Origin: Nymphaea colorata
Taxonomy: Eukaryota
Length of the DNA: 64,000 nt
Assembly: GCF_008831285.2 (NCBI RefSeq)
Contig: NC_045138.2
Coordinates: forward strand, 19,592,001-19,656,000
Direction: 5' to 3'
Positions 13,605-25,649 of the stretch are shown here, piece by piece. How positions within the stretch are numbered: the stretch's first letter is position 1; every line of letters starts with the position of its first letter. The notes beneath the pieces were generated by a model. It did not search any database. It saw only the letters and a list, made by a program, of their open reading frames with translations, and was not told the DNA's origin. The translations under genes were made by a program, and so were the position numbers.

Positions 13605-16600
13605 TTACTCTTCAGGATTATCTAACACACTACCACTTGAGAGCTCAAGGGCAGCATGACTAGTGGAAAACTTACATGGCTGAGTGCTCTGATCAATTGC
13701 TTGATTGTCAAATGAAGTCTCTCTGCTCAAGTTCACCTCTTTTGGAACTCCTTTTAGAGCAGAATTCTCTTCAGTGGCTTCACCACCCACTTCTTCATTG
13801 TGAAAAGTGAATGACTGGAACCATTCTTGCCATTTGAGCAATCTTTCTTCTAGCACAGTATCACTACTTCTGTTATATAACACAGAGTTGATATCTTGGA
13901 AACTTGTTCTGAGCAAAAATCTTCTTGGTAGCAAATAGCTACTGAATTTTCTCATCACCCTTTTTGCAGCAAGGACATCCTTTTGACATGCTGGATACTT
14001 CTTTTCAGCTTTAGAAAATGCACCAGATGCATAGATGGAGAACACTTCGTACCTTTCCTTATTGCTAGAGTTGGCTACCTGCCATTCTTGAAGATCTTTT
14101 CTGCTAACAAACTTGAGTTTCCCATTCCAGTGTGCATCAGAGGAATTGGCCTCAACAATCAGGAAATCATCTCCGCTTGGTAGCTGCAATGGTGGCAAAG
14201 AGTCACACTCTGCTTTAAGTTCTTTCAACCAACTTTCCTTTTCCCTGTCCCAAATAAATGCCTCCCCTTTCTTCAGAAGCTTTGCTATTGGCTTCCGCCT
14301 TCTGGCAAAGTCCTTGAGGAATGCTTCTGCATAGGATAAACATCCCAAAAGCATATGCAACTGCCTTTTGTCTTTAAGTTGGTCTGGAAATTCTTGGATT
14401 TTTCTCAAAATGTGAGGTAGCAAAAGAATTTGACTACCTTTGATATGAAAACCAAGAAAGTCAATTTCATTTTTCAGGATCTCCATTTGTGGTGCCGAAA
14501 GAACTATCCCATTTTCACAACAAGCTTTTGCAAACTGCTTCAGATGGCAAATATGCTCGTCTTTAGTTTTGCTGAAAACAAAAATCTCATCAAGGAAGCA
14601 TCTGACAAAGTCATGATATGGACCAAAGATTGAATCCACGTGCTTTTGTAATACTGATGGTGCATTACAATAACCTATAGGCATAACATTCCACTCATAG
14701 GTGCCAATAAGAGTGCTAAAAGCAAAATATTTCTTACAATCTTCGGCAAGTTTCAACTGAGAAAATCCTGATTGTACCTCAAATTTACTGAACCATTGGC
14801 AATTCCCAATCAAGGTGAATAATGAATCCTTGCGGGGTAAAGGATACCAATCTCTTATAACATTCTTATTTAGGTGCTTGTAGTCGATGACCAACTGCTT
14901 TCCTTTCTGGTGACTATTGATGTAGAAGGCTGAAGAGACAAGGCCTCCATGTGTTTTGGATTTCCTCACTACTCCAGCTTTTGCCCACTCTTCAATATCA
15001 TGTTTGCATTTCTCCTCATCTTCCTCATCCATAGGTATGCATTTGCTTTTCATTACCTGTGAATGATTTGGCTTAAGCTTCACCTCAATTTCAAATGCAT
15101 CTTTCTTGGAAAGTGAATATGCAGATTGGGAACACAAATATTTCTCAAAGATTTCTTTGGCTGAAAATTCATTAATATCTTCAAAATCCAATTCTTTGTC
15201 ATGTTGATGAGAGGGAGCTAGCTCAAAAATCATTTCACATGCCTTCTGTAGATAGAAAGGGTTTCCATTTGGCTTACATTCATGAAGATAAATCTCATGA
15301 CCTGCATCTGGTTTGAAATTCCCTCTGAAGTTCTGTTCTTGCAATTTATTGTTTTTGGCATATGCATGTGCAGCTTCCTCATTGTCACCTGCAAAAGACT
15401 TGACTGTATGAAATTTTAACACATGAGTTCGCGGAATCTTGTGCTCAACCCCATTAATTGTCCAATAGACATTAGCCTTATCATGAGAATACCTCTCAAG
15501 ATGCTTGTCAAGTATATCCTGTCCAATAAGGATATCATAACCTTGCTTGTCATAAGCATAGAAATGCAAAGTTAAGTCTTCCCCGTCAACCTTTGCACGG
15601 ACAAATATCTCTTGGTCAAGAAAGATTGTATGACCTGATACAGTACACACTGCTAATTTGGGATTTAAAGATTTCCACATACATTCTGGAAAAATGCAGG
15701 ACTTTGCAACACTAATTGTTGCCCCAGTGTCAATGAAACAATCAATTTCTTGGAAGATCTCTTTGGACTTCTTGCTAACTGCAAATTCAAGCTTGACAGC
15801 TACAATTTTTGGGCGGTAAACTATTGAAGAGTGTTCTAGTTGTTCCTTGGTTTCAATCTTATTTTCTATATATCCAATATCATACGCATCTCGACCAATT
15901 CCAGTTTTGTGTGAGAAGGTATTTTCATGAACTTCAAGCAATCCAACATAATCAAATGCTGTTACTATTCCAGTAATAGTATCACCATCAATGAAAGCAT
16001 CGTTCGGTAGAAGGTCAGCCTTTTTGTTTGTAGGATTCTGATCATCAATCTTTGCCCGGAAGTATGGGTTCCTTGCATAATCCTGATACTGCCTTCTCTG
16101 AATGGTCCGCACCCTCTTGGCCATTGTTTGGAAATCAACTTCTTTGATGGCCAACTTTAGTTCCCCGATAGTCTTTCCAATGCTCTCGACCTGAAATCCT
16201 GGATTCGTGACCCCATCATACTCTGCAACTTGCCGGTTAACCTCATCAATCTGATACTGCAGATGCTTTGTGATATCCTTAACGTCTTGCAGAGGATTTC
16301 CTCCAGAGGTCAACTTCTCAATCTCTTGCATAATTGAGGTAATGTTTTCTTTATCCGCAACTTTTTCCCTAAGCCCTTGCACAGATTGATAAATGGTTTT
16401 AAGGTCCATCTCTATGCCAAGGTGCCGTGGTGGAAGGTTTGTATATGCTTCATCCCAGTATTTTCTTTGATGAATTGCGTATAGTGCTCTAGAATACAAG
16501 TTCAGCTTGGCATTTAACCGTCGCTCAGAAAGAATCTTTTTATATTCTTCCCAGTCATCTAAGTTTCCAAAAAGATGGAAAGCTCGATATGCCATATCAT

Positions 16601-17447
16601 GTATAATCTTTTCTTCTGTTCCAATAGCAATATCGGCACCAGTACCAGGCCAAACCATGTACCTATCACGGTGACAGTGAGGGGGGACTGTAACATCATT
16701 ACCAGGCCGATTATAAGGAACTGTGTCACTGTAATTGTCTACTCTAAGAGTTTTCTGCTCCCTAGCGGGGAATTTTGGGTTCGTTGGTCGAGCCATGAAG
16801 ATTTGTTCATCTTCACTCTGTATTTCTGACTCTGTTTCAGAGCAGTAGTACTCTGATTCTTCATCAGAGTCCTTGGCTTCCAACATGTCAAGGTATTCAA
16901 TGGGACCATTTGTCTCTACCCCAGAAAGCCTTTGCTCAAGCAAACTAGCGTAGTCCTTGTAATTCTCATTATTGTCCTTCTCTTGAGGTTTTCTCATCTC
17001 ATCTCCTTTATCTGCAATAGCCTTTGACAGCATTCGACGTGATTCATCTATGAAGGAGAAGAGATTTTTCATTACCGACTCCATCAAATGGTAGACATCC
17101 TTGCAGCTGACGTCTACCTCTTTGGAAAGTCCCTCTGGATTGTCCCACTTGACGTTCCAATGGTTCACGCGACTACCTAAACCCATCACAGTGTTAAACT
17201 CCGACACCACTTCCTTCTTTCGCTTTTCACTCTCGGATTCCAACCTCTCCATCCTAGAAGTCAGATCATTGAAACAACTGGTGACAATGGATTCGAGGTT
17301 TTTGATCGAGGTGTTGCTATCAGTGACATTGTTCTGAAGTTGTTGGAACCATTTCTCTACAGATGCATCACAGCTTTTCTCGTCATGATCATGGCTGTAA
17401 ATGTATTTCTTGAGAAGATAGGGAACGTTTTCCGATTGACATGCCAT
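13605..17447 (-). CDS. 1280-aa intronless ORF: N-terminal family domain plus acidic tract, an unassigned middle region, then Caulimoviridae-like aspartic protease, reverse transcriptase (catalytically degenerate) and RNase H (catalytically degenerate). Gene g1
   Basis: DCFIDTGATISVAKSCIFPECMW and YDILIGQD (caulimoviral protease); DWYPLPRKDSLFTLIGNCQWFSKFEVQSGF, YEWNVMPIGYCNAPSVLQ, FLDEIFVFS, IDFLG (RT); LIVEANSSDAHW, YASGAFSKAEKKY, RFLLRTS, RLLKWQEWF (RNase H). The domain order AP-RT-RH with no integrase matches pararetroviruses. Confidence 0.92.
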   Translation of the reverse strand: MACQSENVPYLLKKYIYSHDHDEKSCDASVEKWFQQLQNNVTDSNTSIKNLESIVTSCFNDLTSRMERLESESEKRKKEVVSEFNTVMGLGSRVNHWNVKWDNPEGLSKEVDVSCKDVYHLMESVMKNLFSFIDESRRMLSKAIADKGDEMRKPQEKDNNENYKDYASLLEQRLSGVETNGPIEYLDMLEAKDSDEESEYYCSETESEIQSEDEQIFMARPTNPKFPAREQKTLRVDNYSDTVPYNRPGNDVTVPPHCHRDRYMVWPGTGADIAIGTEEKIIHDMAYRAFHLFGNLDDWEEYKKILSERRLNAKLNLYSRALYAIHQRKYWDEAYTNLPPRHLGIEMDLKTIYQSVQGLREKVADKENITSIMQEIEKLTSGGNPLQDVKDITKHLQYQIDEVNRQVAEYDGVTNPGFQVESIGKTIGELKLAIKEVDFQTMAKRVRTIQRRQYQDYARNPYFRAKIDDQNPTNKKADLLPNDAFIDGDTITGIVTAFDYVGLLEVHENTFSHKTGIGRDAYDIGYIENKIETKEQLEHSSIVYRPKIVAVKLEFAVSKKSKEIFQEIDCFIDTGATISVAKSCIFPECMWKSLNPKLAVCTVSGHTIFLDQEIFVRAKVDGEDLTLHFYAYDKQGYDILIGQDILDKHLERYSHDKANVYWTINGVEHKIPRTHVLKFHTVKSFAGDNEEAAHAYAKNNKLQEQNFRGNFKPDAGHEIYLHECKPNGNPFYLQKACEMIFELAPSHQHDKELDFEDINEFSAKEIFEKYLCSQSAYSLSKKDAFEIEVKLKPNHSQVMKSKCIPMDEEDEEKCKHDIEEWAKAGVVRKSKTHGGLVSSAFYINSHQKGKQLVIDYKHLNKNVIRDWYPLPRKDSLFTLIGNCQWFSKFEVQSGFSQLKLAEDCKKYFAFSTLIGTYEWNVMPIGYCNAPSVLQKHVDSIFGPYHDFVRCFLDEIFVFSKTKDEHICHLKQFAKACCENGIVLSAPQMEILKNEIDFLGFHIKGSQILLLPHILRKIQEFPDQLKDKRQLHMLLGCLSYAEAFLKDFARRRKPIAKLLKKGEAFIWDREKESWLKELKAECDSLPPLQLPSGDDFLIVEANSSDAHWNGKLKFVSRKDLQEWQVANSSNKERYEVFSIYASGAFSKAEKKYPACQKDVLAAKRVMRKFSSYLLPRRFLLRTSFQDINSVLYNRSSDTVLEERLLKWQEWFQSFTFHNEEVGGEATEENSALKGVPKEVNLSRETSFDNQAIDQSTQPCKFSTSHAALELSSGSVLDNPEE

Positions 17448-18882
17448 GTTCTTGCAAAGTAAGAACCGTCGGACAAACGGTATGCGGTTACAAGAGGAAA
17501 TGTGACTTGAAGCCTTTGTTCTGATGCAAATGATACAGAGATTGTTCTCTGCGATCGCAGAACTCAGAAGCTCATAATGAAATGCAGCAAAACTCGTGGT
17601 TCACAAGGAAGTAAACTTTACCACACCGACGTCATTCTCGTGGTTAGCTTATTCTGTACTGCAACCATGGTCGATCAAACGAGTCCCTGCGTGCTTCAAC
17701 CATTAAGTACACTGAGTTGTGGAAATTTAACAAGTGAGCATGAAAGATGAGAAGCACAACCGGAGTGGAGATAAGACCATGGTAACCACCCAAACAAACA
17801 AATGAATGAGTGAAAAGAAATCCATGAAGCAAACAAGCTAGCAAGATACAAACCCAACTGAACACAAGCATACACTATGGCTCTCTTTAAGCTAAAATTT
17901 GGTGCTGGGTTTAGACCCATCTAAGCATGATCCATTGATGTGTTCAAATTGAATCGAGTGAGTGTTATTTTTCTGAATTTGGTCAGCTGTTACACTCAGA
18001 AGCCGACATCAAAAGAACTCCGGTACTTTAGAGAAAAGGATGCACTCAAGCCAATAAAATGGAAAATTCATTGCCAACATTTGGTGACAAGGTGTCACCA
18101 TAATACAAAACACAAGCAAACCATACAAAACGCAAAAAAAAAAAAGAACAAAACAGAAAGAAAAATAAACAAAATAAACCAGAGAGAGAGAGAGAGAGAT
18201 TGTAATTCAATTTTATTAGGGATTAACAAAGATTATATGGTGACTGTGACTGGAATAAGTTCAATCCGGTGCGTCAACAAAACTTAGTTACTTTGGCAAT
18301 TCCTTGAAAGCCCCGTAATTAAGCATATCTCTTTGTGTTAATATTCAGGCAATAGTTCTTATATGGTGACTGTGACTGAAAAAGCTTACAGCAAACATGG
18401 CCCTTTGGCGTACAAATCCTATTATATTCATGCTTCCAACAAAATTTATTTTTTTCCATTTCATGGTTCTCGAAATGTAAAGCTCGCATTTGTGCGGTAC
18501 TTAGTTTTGTAAAATATAATACATTTATTCTCAATAGAAAAAATCAACAAGAGTCTATTGCACCCAAGTGTACGATAATACTATACATATAGAGGCCACC
18601 TATTTGGTCAGGATTCCTGAGTTCTTTTCCACGAATTCAACTATGATGTGGTAAAACTGAATCTCTAAATCTATAAGCCAGGATTTTTAAAAAAAAAATC
18701 AATGAAAAATTTGAATTGCAGATCAAATTTTGTTGTAAGCATTCAAAAGGCTGATATTATGAAGTTTCTTGGTACATATAAAATCCAATGTGCACATCAG
18801 ATTTCTAGTTCTTTTTTTTTTTATTACGATACTTTTTCAGTCTGATATTTGAAAAATTTGGTGCAAGAGATTACCACACACC

Positions 18883-18920
<38 letters not shown>

Positions 18921-19799
18921 CAGAGAAGAGAGCAGAACAAAACCAAATAGATCACAAATATACAAGCCCAAAACACAACGGGAAAGGCACTACAGCAAAT
19001 AATGATAACTAATGATAACAAAAACCTAATAGAAGACCAAGAAACCAGCAATCAAATTCCTCCATCAAAAAATCCCCAAGCAACACAGATTCACCAAGGT
19101 AACGATTAGAAGACCAAAGTGACCAGCATCTAAAGCCCCCACTAAACATTTAGGAGCAACGGTTGACCGAAGTTGCTAGCCAAGCAAGTCGGGATCGCCA
19201 AACCCAACATGAGAGTAAGTCGAATTATTATAATGGTATTAGAGTGGCATGTGAATGTGTTTTCATAAGGAGGTGGATTATAACGAGTACAAATTTTGTG
19301 TGCCATTATGTGTGTGCCGCCTATGTATGCAGCAAAAGAAGGGAGGTGTTTTTGCAATTTTTAAAAAATGTCATTTCACTTTTTTTATTTTCATTTTTAT
19401 CTTGCCAAAAATTTGTCTTTTTTTTTAACTCATGAAATTTTGGGCACCTATAACACCCATTTTAACGTTTTAAGAAGTTTAGTCCCGTTTGTGGGAGAGA
19501 GAGAGAGAGAGAGAGCGGTTCTAGTCTTTCTAGACACCAAACATCACATTCTCTTCCCTTATCATATAGCATATAGAGTTGTGTTATGAAATGCTCCATC
19601 TTGCACGAAACAACATCAATATACATATCTGTAAGTCATGAGATGAAGCTAATCTACGCGCAATGGCGATTGACAACAAGGGGAGAGGCCAAGGTAGGCA
19701 TGTTTAATTTGGCTTTACAAGTCAAGCTTGCAGGCACATGACATTAACTCGAATAGGCTATTAATCTTAAATAACAAAATAAAACTTAAGCATGGAAGA

Positions 19800-20072
19800 A
19801 CTCACAGGAGAGTACTGATTGGAGATGGAAGAACAACGATTGAAGATTTGACAGAAGATTGGACGAGCAGATGACCAGTGAACAAAAGCCTCTGCCTATT
19901 TATAGACGAAAAGAGCGTGAACTCGATTGCTAGGTGCTTGCATGTGCATTGATGCGGAAGTATAAATGGGCATTTATTAGGAGAGGCAACTGCCCGTCGA
20001 AGTTCCAGAGACGGAAGACTCCCAAGTCCCCGGGGCCATCCCCCATTGACGCCATCAACATGACATCATCCG
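19800..20072 (-). promoter_or_regulatory. Promoter module and non-coding first exon for g1 (copy P1)
   Basis: GTGAGT donor at 19800-19805; GAGATGGAAGAA exon motif; TATA CTATAAA at 19899-19905; TGTGCATTGATG..AAGTATAAATGGGCATT; GAAGACTCCCAAGTCC (20014-20029); TGACGCCATCAACATGACATCATC (20047-20070). All are collinear with P0. Confidence 0.75.
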
Positions 20073-20192
20073 TCCTTTCTGACCTTTCACATAATCCTGG
20101 GCCACCTTGCCTGCACGGCTACTCGCAGGAGCCAAGAGTCAAGAGTCCTCCAACCAGTGATCAATTACAATATTACAACAAAGCCGCCTCTC

Positions 20193-20225
<33 letters not shown>

Positions 20226-20927
20226 GAAACACGCCAGATTAAGATAAGTGATGGAACCGAGGGAAGCAGAGCTTCAGAAGTAATTGGACGCGTAGACAGG
20301 TTTCTTGCAGGTTACTGTAGCTGCATTCAATTCTGAAATGAGAGCCTTTCAGTTGTGATCGAGCAGGACATATGCATAGGGACCCAATAGGAAAAAAAAT
20401 CCATAAACAGCTTTAAATGTGTTCAGTTTCTGCTGGAACATGAACAATGTTTCAACGAAGACACGATGTTTCAAATTCGTTCAGTGAGCTTACTGCTAGC
20501 TAGAAAGAGGGCACTCTCTGACTATTCTTTTTTTTTTTCTTCATTAAGTGCCTCTCTTCAGCATTTGCCAAAGGCGATACGGGGTACATCGGATCATTTT
20601 GCAGTATATAGTCTGGAACTCTGGATATAGTGCGTGTGACAATCCATGCATGGACTAGTGACCTTAATTTTAGATTACCAAGTATGGGCAGATCTGGTTA
20701 GATACAATATTTCTGCAGTGACTTCACGTGGGTCAGTTTCACTTCTTTAATCCCCGTTCACATTATATTCTACAAGTTCCTTACTCTATAAAAGGGCAGA
20801 ATTTTATGAATGTTGGCATCCCATCTTCTAATTAAGCCGTGATAGACTGGTGTATCTTCCCGGCCTCTATCAACAGCCTAAAAGTTTTTACTTCATTTCT
20901 TTCCAAAGATTACGTCCATTCGAAACA

Positions 20928-21329
20928 ATGAGTTGCCAGTGTGATAAAGACGTGGTGCCATCGATAAACACTTACAGTAAATTTGTGATTACCACTCTGG
21001 TGATGCCAGAAGGCCATGGAAATCTGTACGAATGCCTCATGAAAGAGTTTGCTGATCTTTCCTCTCTTCTGAGAAAATATGTATCCGATCGTCATACTGC
21101 TGAGAAGGCCAATGATGATCACTCAGCGGAGAAATGTATCAAGAAACTTCAAGACGAAGCTGCCAAGACTCTCGCAGAGATCAGCAATTTCAAGAGTCAG
21201 CTCACGATCCTCAGTGAGCAGCTCAAAATTTACAGGGAGGAGCAGGACAACCTCTTCAAGACAATATTAGCAGAGAAAGAAGACCTGACTGCAGAGCTTC
21301 TGGAGAAAGCGAAAGGACATGAAAATTGA
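20928..21329 (+). CDS. 133-aa short member of the uncharacterised family (gene g2)
   Basis: ATG at 20928 (MSCQCDKD); INTYSKFVITTLVMPEGHGNLYECL matches the g4 N-terminus, LLRKYVS..EKCIKKLQ matches g1/g3, ILSEQLKIYREEQDNLFKTI matches the g3/g4 C-terminal region. Confidence 0.75.
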   Translation: MSCQCDKDVVPSINTYSKFVITTLVMPEGHGNLYECLMKEFADLSSLLRKYVSDRHTAEKANDDHSAEKCIKKLQDEAAKTLAEISNFKSQLTILSEQLKIYREEQDNLFKTILAEKEDLTAELLEKAKGHEN

Positions 21330-24113
21330 TGCATCTTAAAGATCGTTATCCTGAACGGCTCCGTTACTATCTTGATTTGTGCAAATGTGTTAAAGATTGT
21401 GGAGTACTCCGTACGTAGCTCGTGTCCTCTGGTAGTAGTTCGAGTCCTTCGTGTATCTTTATTGTCGTGCTTTAGCTGGTTGGAGATGTAACTGGCCAGC
21501 TTTTTGTTCTTGTCTCGCTTTGCCCACTGCTTTAGGCAAGAGCCTAAATAATGGTTCTTTAATTTCATTTCGGGTTGCACGTCTCTTGCTTGGAGTTGAA
21601 CAGGATATGATACTAGCAAAAATTAAGCAATGGCTGATTGGCCACCCATGTGATAGTAAAGAAGACTAGAGTTAAGAGAAAGTGAGAGAAGCACAATGAT
21701 ACAAAAACCCGAATTTACGTGGTTCATGAGACCCTGAGGATTTGCATCCTAGAGATGTTTTATACAAAAAATATTTCACTAGCTTGGGAAGAACATTACA
21801 ACAACAAATGTAGGAAATGTTTATATATATGAAAACTCAATGCAATGATAAAACGAAATAAAGAACAAGGAAACATGATACGTTTACAATCTAGATAAAG
21901 CAAGGTGAGCAGTACTGAACATTTTGACCGATGATTGAGGATGAGAGGAAGCAAATGGCGCAGGTTGCCATTATAGTCTTAAAGAAGAAGAAGCTGATTG
22001 AGAACGTTTGAATTGATTTTTTTCCTTCAAATTCCTTCCAAGAGGGGTTGCACAACGTAATATATTATGTTGATATAATCACAATCAATTTCAATGTATT
22101 ATGTTTTTCATATAACATAATATCCCTTGCAATATGAATGGCTGCTAATTGATTATCAAACCGCATAGGGAGACTGTTACAAGTAGAGATAAATCCCAAA
22201 TCAGTCACCAAGAATTTGGCACGAACTAACTTACATGTTGCGGTTGATCGGTTAACAATATTAATTTGATTATTGATAATGCGATTCGGAGTTTTAGAGT
22301 TCCAAAGGCTCGAGATATACAGGCCAGAAAATCCTTATGCTTCCGTTTGGTAAATTTTAGCAAGAAGATTCCTGCTTTAGGTATTACCCATGAAAGTCAT
22401 CGTTTTTCTTTTTGTTATTTGTCTCCTCAAAAAGTTGTAAAACCTTTGATGATTTTGTCACTGAAATGAAATTTGGTACTGCAAGGTAAGTGTGAGGAAG
22501 AGGGGGAGGCCGTGTGCGGGGATTGGGGGAGAGTATCGCAAAGAGGTTGAAGCCCTCTCCCTTTCCCTTGCCCCCCCCCCCACAATCTAAGGCTGCTTCA
22601 GGATTTGGGTGAAGAGTGGTATACCCGTAACTCTTAACTCTTACGTCCAATGTTTGCAATGCAAAAAAATAGCACTCATAAAAATCAAATTGACTATTAA
22701 ACTTTCACGGACCTACCAAACCGACCAACTATTCATTACAGTCTCTTAGGGCATATATACACATCTTTGGATAGCTACCAACTTATCTGGTTGCATCTCC
22801 ATGTTTTTGTTCACCCAATTAAAGGGTGTTCTCCATGCAGGTATACCCATCTTTGGTAAATGACTCTCAATATAATGGTAACTATAATAATTATTGGTAC
22901 AAAAATAAATTCTTGTAGGAATTGAGGAGGTTTAGTAGTCCTTATAGAAAAGTTTACACGGTATGACAATTCTCACTCAATTGGCTTTCATTTGAGGAGG
23001 AAGCTGTCCATGATTTTGTTCTCTGGGTGTCATAATAATCTTATTATGTATATCTACTCGCCTATACTGGGGAAAAAACTCTCTGGTTCAGTTGTCTGAA
23101 TTTGTGCAGAGCTTGTCTGGTTTTTCCTGGTTTTCCTATGTAATTATTTCATCTGTTCATTTTTTTTGCAATAAAGTAAGGGAGTCCTCCTCCCATCAAC
23201 TTTCCATTGGAACTAAATTATGCCTCTTCTGAATGGATGAATATCCCGAAAATTGCATTGAAGTACTTATGTGTTGTCACACCCTTGTATGCAACTCATA
23301 CATGCAAACGTGAGGTACTTGTTTACAAGTCATTCATCGGCAGTTTGAAACAATTTTTGAAAGCCTTCATCCTATATTAGCCCGCTACAAATTTGTTGCT
23401 TTATTAGAAAAAGTATACTAAAACAGTGACTTCGAAACATAACCAAATATGGGGTCTTAAACAGCAAGATTTTAAAATCTTAAAAAACTTGTCAAATGTT
23501 TGACAATTTTTTTAGAAAAGAAAAAAATCATAAAAGTTAGGTAAAAGTAAAATAAATGAAAAAATAACAAAAATAAAAAAAAATAACTTCATAAATTGAT
23601 AAAATGATGCTTTACTAATTAAGAAACGAAGATATATAATTTAACTCAACTTTTAAATTTTGAAGCAAAATAATTTAAAAATAATGAAAAAAAACATGAC
23701 AAAAGCACGAACATTCAACCAGTTTTACTAATTAATATTTTCTCACTCTCCTGAAACTCCCCACATGTCCATGCCATAGGCTTTACTTCCCCCCAATGGA
23801 GAACCCTAAACAGGAATTTTTTGGATTTTGGGTGAGTGCGGAGACCCATTACTTGTGACTTTCGTCTCTCCAAACTATAAGGTCTGCTTTCGACACTTTG
23901 GATGCCACCTCTATCCACCGGCTTTATTGTCAATTAATATTGTGGCAATAATTTACTATTTCATCATCTATAAGCCCATACAATATAGAAAATGAGTTTT
24001 TGGGCCACAACATTTTAAATTATGAGTCTTCGAAGTCAAGGGACTGCATTTTGTCGCTGTTAAGGCCACAGAAGGACCATCAATCTTCCTGCCGACCAAT
24101 TAATAATTTTATG

Positions 24114-24116
<3 letters not shown>

Positions 24117-24187
<71 letters not shown>
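24117..24187. repeat. (TA)n microsatellite
   Basis: Directly visible. Confidence 0.97.
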
Positions 24188-24190
<3 letters not shown>

Positions 24191-25649
24191 GTTCATATAT
24201 TTTATCATTTGATAGACAGGTTGTAATAAAAACAAACTTATCCTTCAAGAGATTTATTTTAACGGGGCCCATTTTTCTACTTCTAAAATCTAATCCGAGA
24301 CTTTTGAATAAGGCCAGCGTTTGGTTGGGCCAGCCTTGACCACAATTAAAATTATACCTTCAAACCCACCTGATCATCCAGCAGGCTGCAAGGCACCATA
24401 TAGATAAATGAATAAACAAATAAACAAATAAAATGAGTTGGTGATGAATAACCAAGGCAGCTTGAGAAAGTAGGTCGCCTCATTAATGTATGCAATAAAC
24501 CAAGAAGACCAATATTTTTATGTGACAATTTGTAAGTGATCATTCCAACCCATTGCTGGATCGGGATTTCTTATCCTTTCTGGATCTCATCATGTATGTG
24601 CATGTGTACATATTTGTTAATGTACTTCATTTGACATTCATGCCTTAAAAGTTTAGTACATATAACACAATCTGCTCAAGCCACCTTAGACCCATCCTCA
24701 TTCTCATGAATTGTGCACATTTATTGAAGATGTACTTTCTAACCATTATAGATATAGTAGATGGCTAATAAGTCAATTCCACATAGACCATTATTGTCGC
24801 CGATATATCGCCATATAACATCAACATTAATGTGTTATAATGTTCAACCCCCAACGCTCCAATCAAGGGATCATCTTCTATGGATTCACGCTGCCCTAGT
24901 AAAATTATATCTGCTTGGTTCGTGGTTTTCCAATTATATATGTTCCTGCCGCCCCACGCTGATCCGTTGAATCGCCTCTTCGTTCTGCCAAAGGGCAGCC
25001 ATAACTTATGTATTCAAAAGAAAGTCCACGTTGAGAAGACTTATTGAAATGTATACAGTAAGTTAACCAGTTTTATTAATCGTTCCCTACTCACTCACCT
25101 GGTGCAATGCGCATCATGAACAGCGAAGGAAGTAAAATCTCGGTAAATTAAATCCCGCAGATCACTCTTATTTTGATCACACGATGGTCATGTGCTCCAA
25201 CAGAGAAAGTTAAACTGATATGCAGGCACCTTGGGGCACGGAACTACAGATCATGTACGTGAAGAAATTAATGGCGTAGATAAATGGAGAGTCGTTGTCA
25301 GTTTTGTCTTGACATGACATAATTGTTTCGTTTGGGAGATAGCAGGTGGTAGATGTTAGAATCTACAGCAGATGCATATGGATTCCGTGGATTCATGTGG
25401 TAAACCTTGAGTTGCATGTATCTGATAACATAATTTTCATCACAGAGCCCTGGGATCAGATATCTGAGGGCTTTAAGCATGCTCTTAACGATTAGTAAAT
25501 ACTCAATAATTTTGTTACTTGAGCATGCATGCACATAATTATAACTTTGAATAGAGGAGATTCAATTAGTTATCGTTAACAAAATGTATGGAGGCTTCCA
25601 TTGGGCATGAACTTAGACAAGCAACTGTTCTCCCCTTCCAAGACAGCAA

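Noticed and set aside
13605..17447. Active LTR retrotransposon (Ty3/gypsy) or infectious endogenous pararetrovirus
   Set aside because: No integrase, LTRs, capsid zinc knuckle or movement protein seen; the motifs are caulimovirid-like and the RT/RNase H catalytic residues are substituted.
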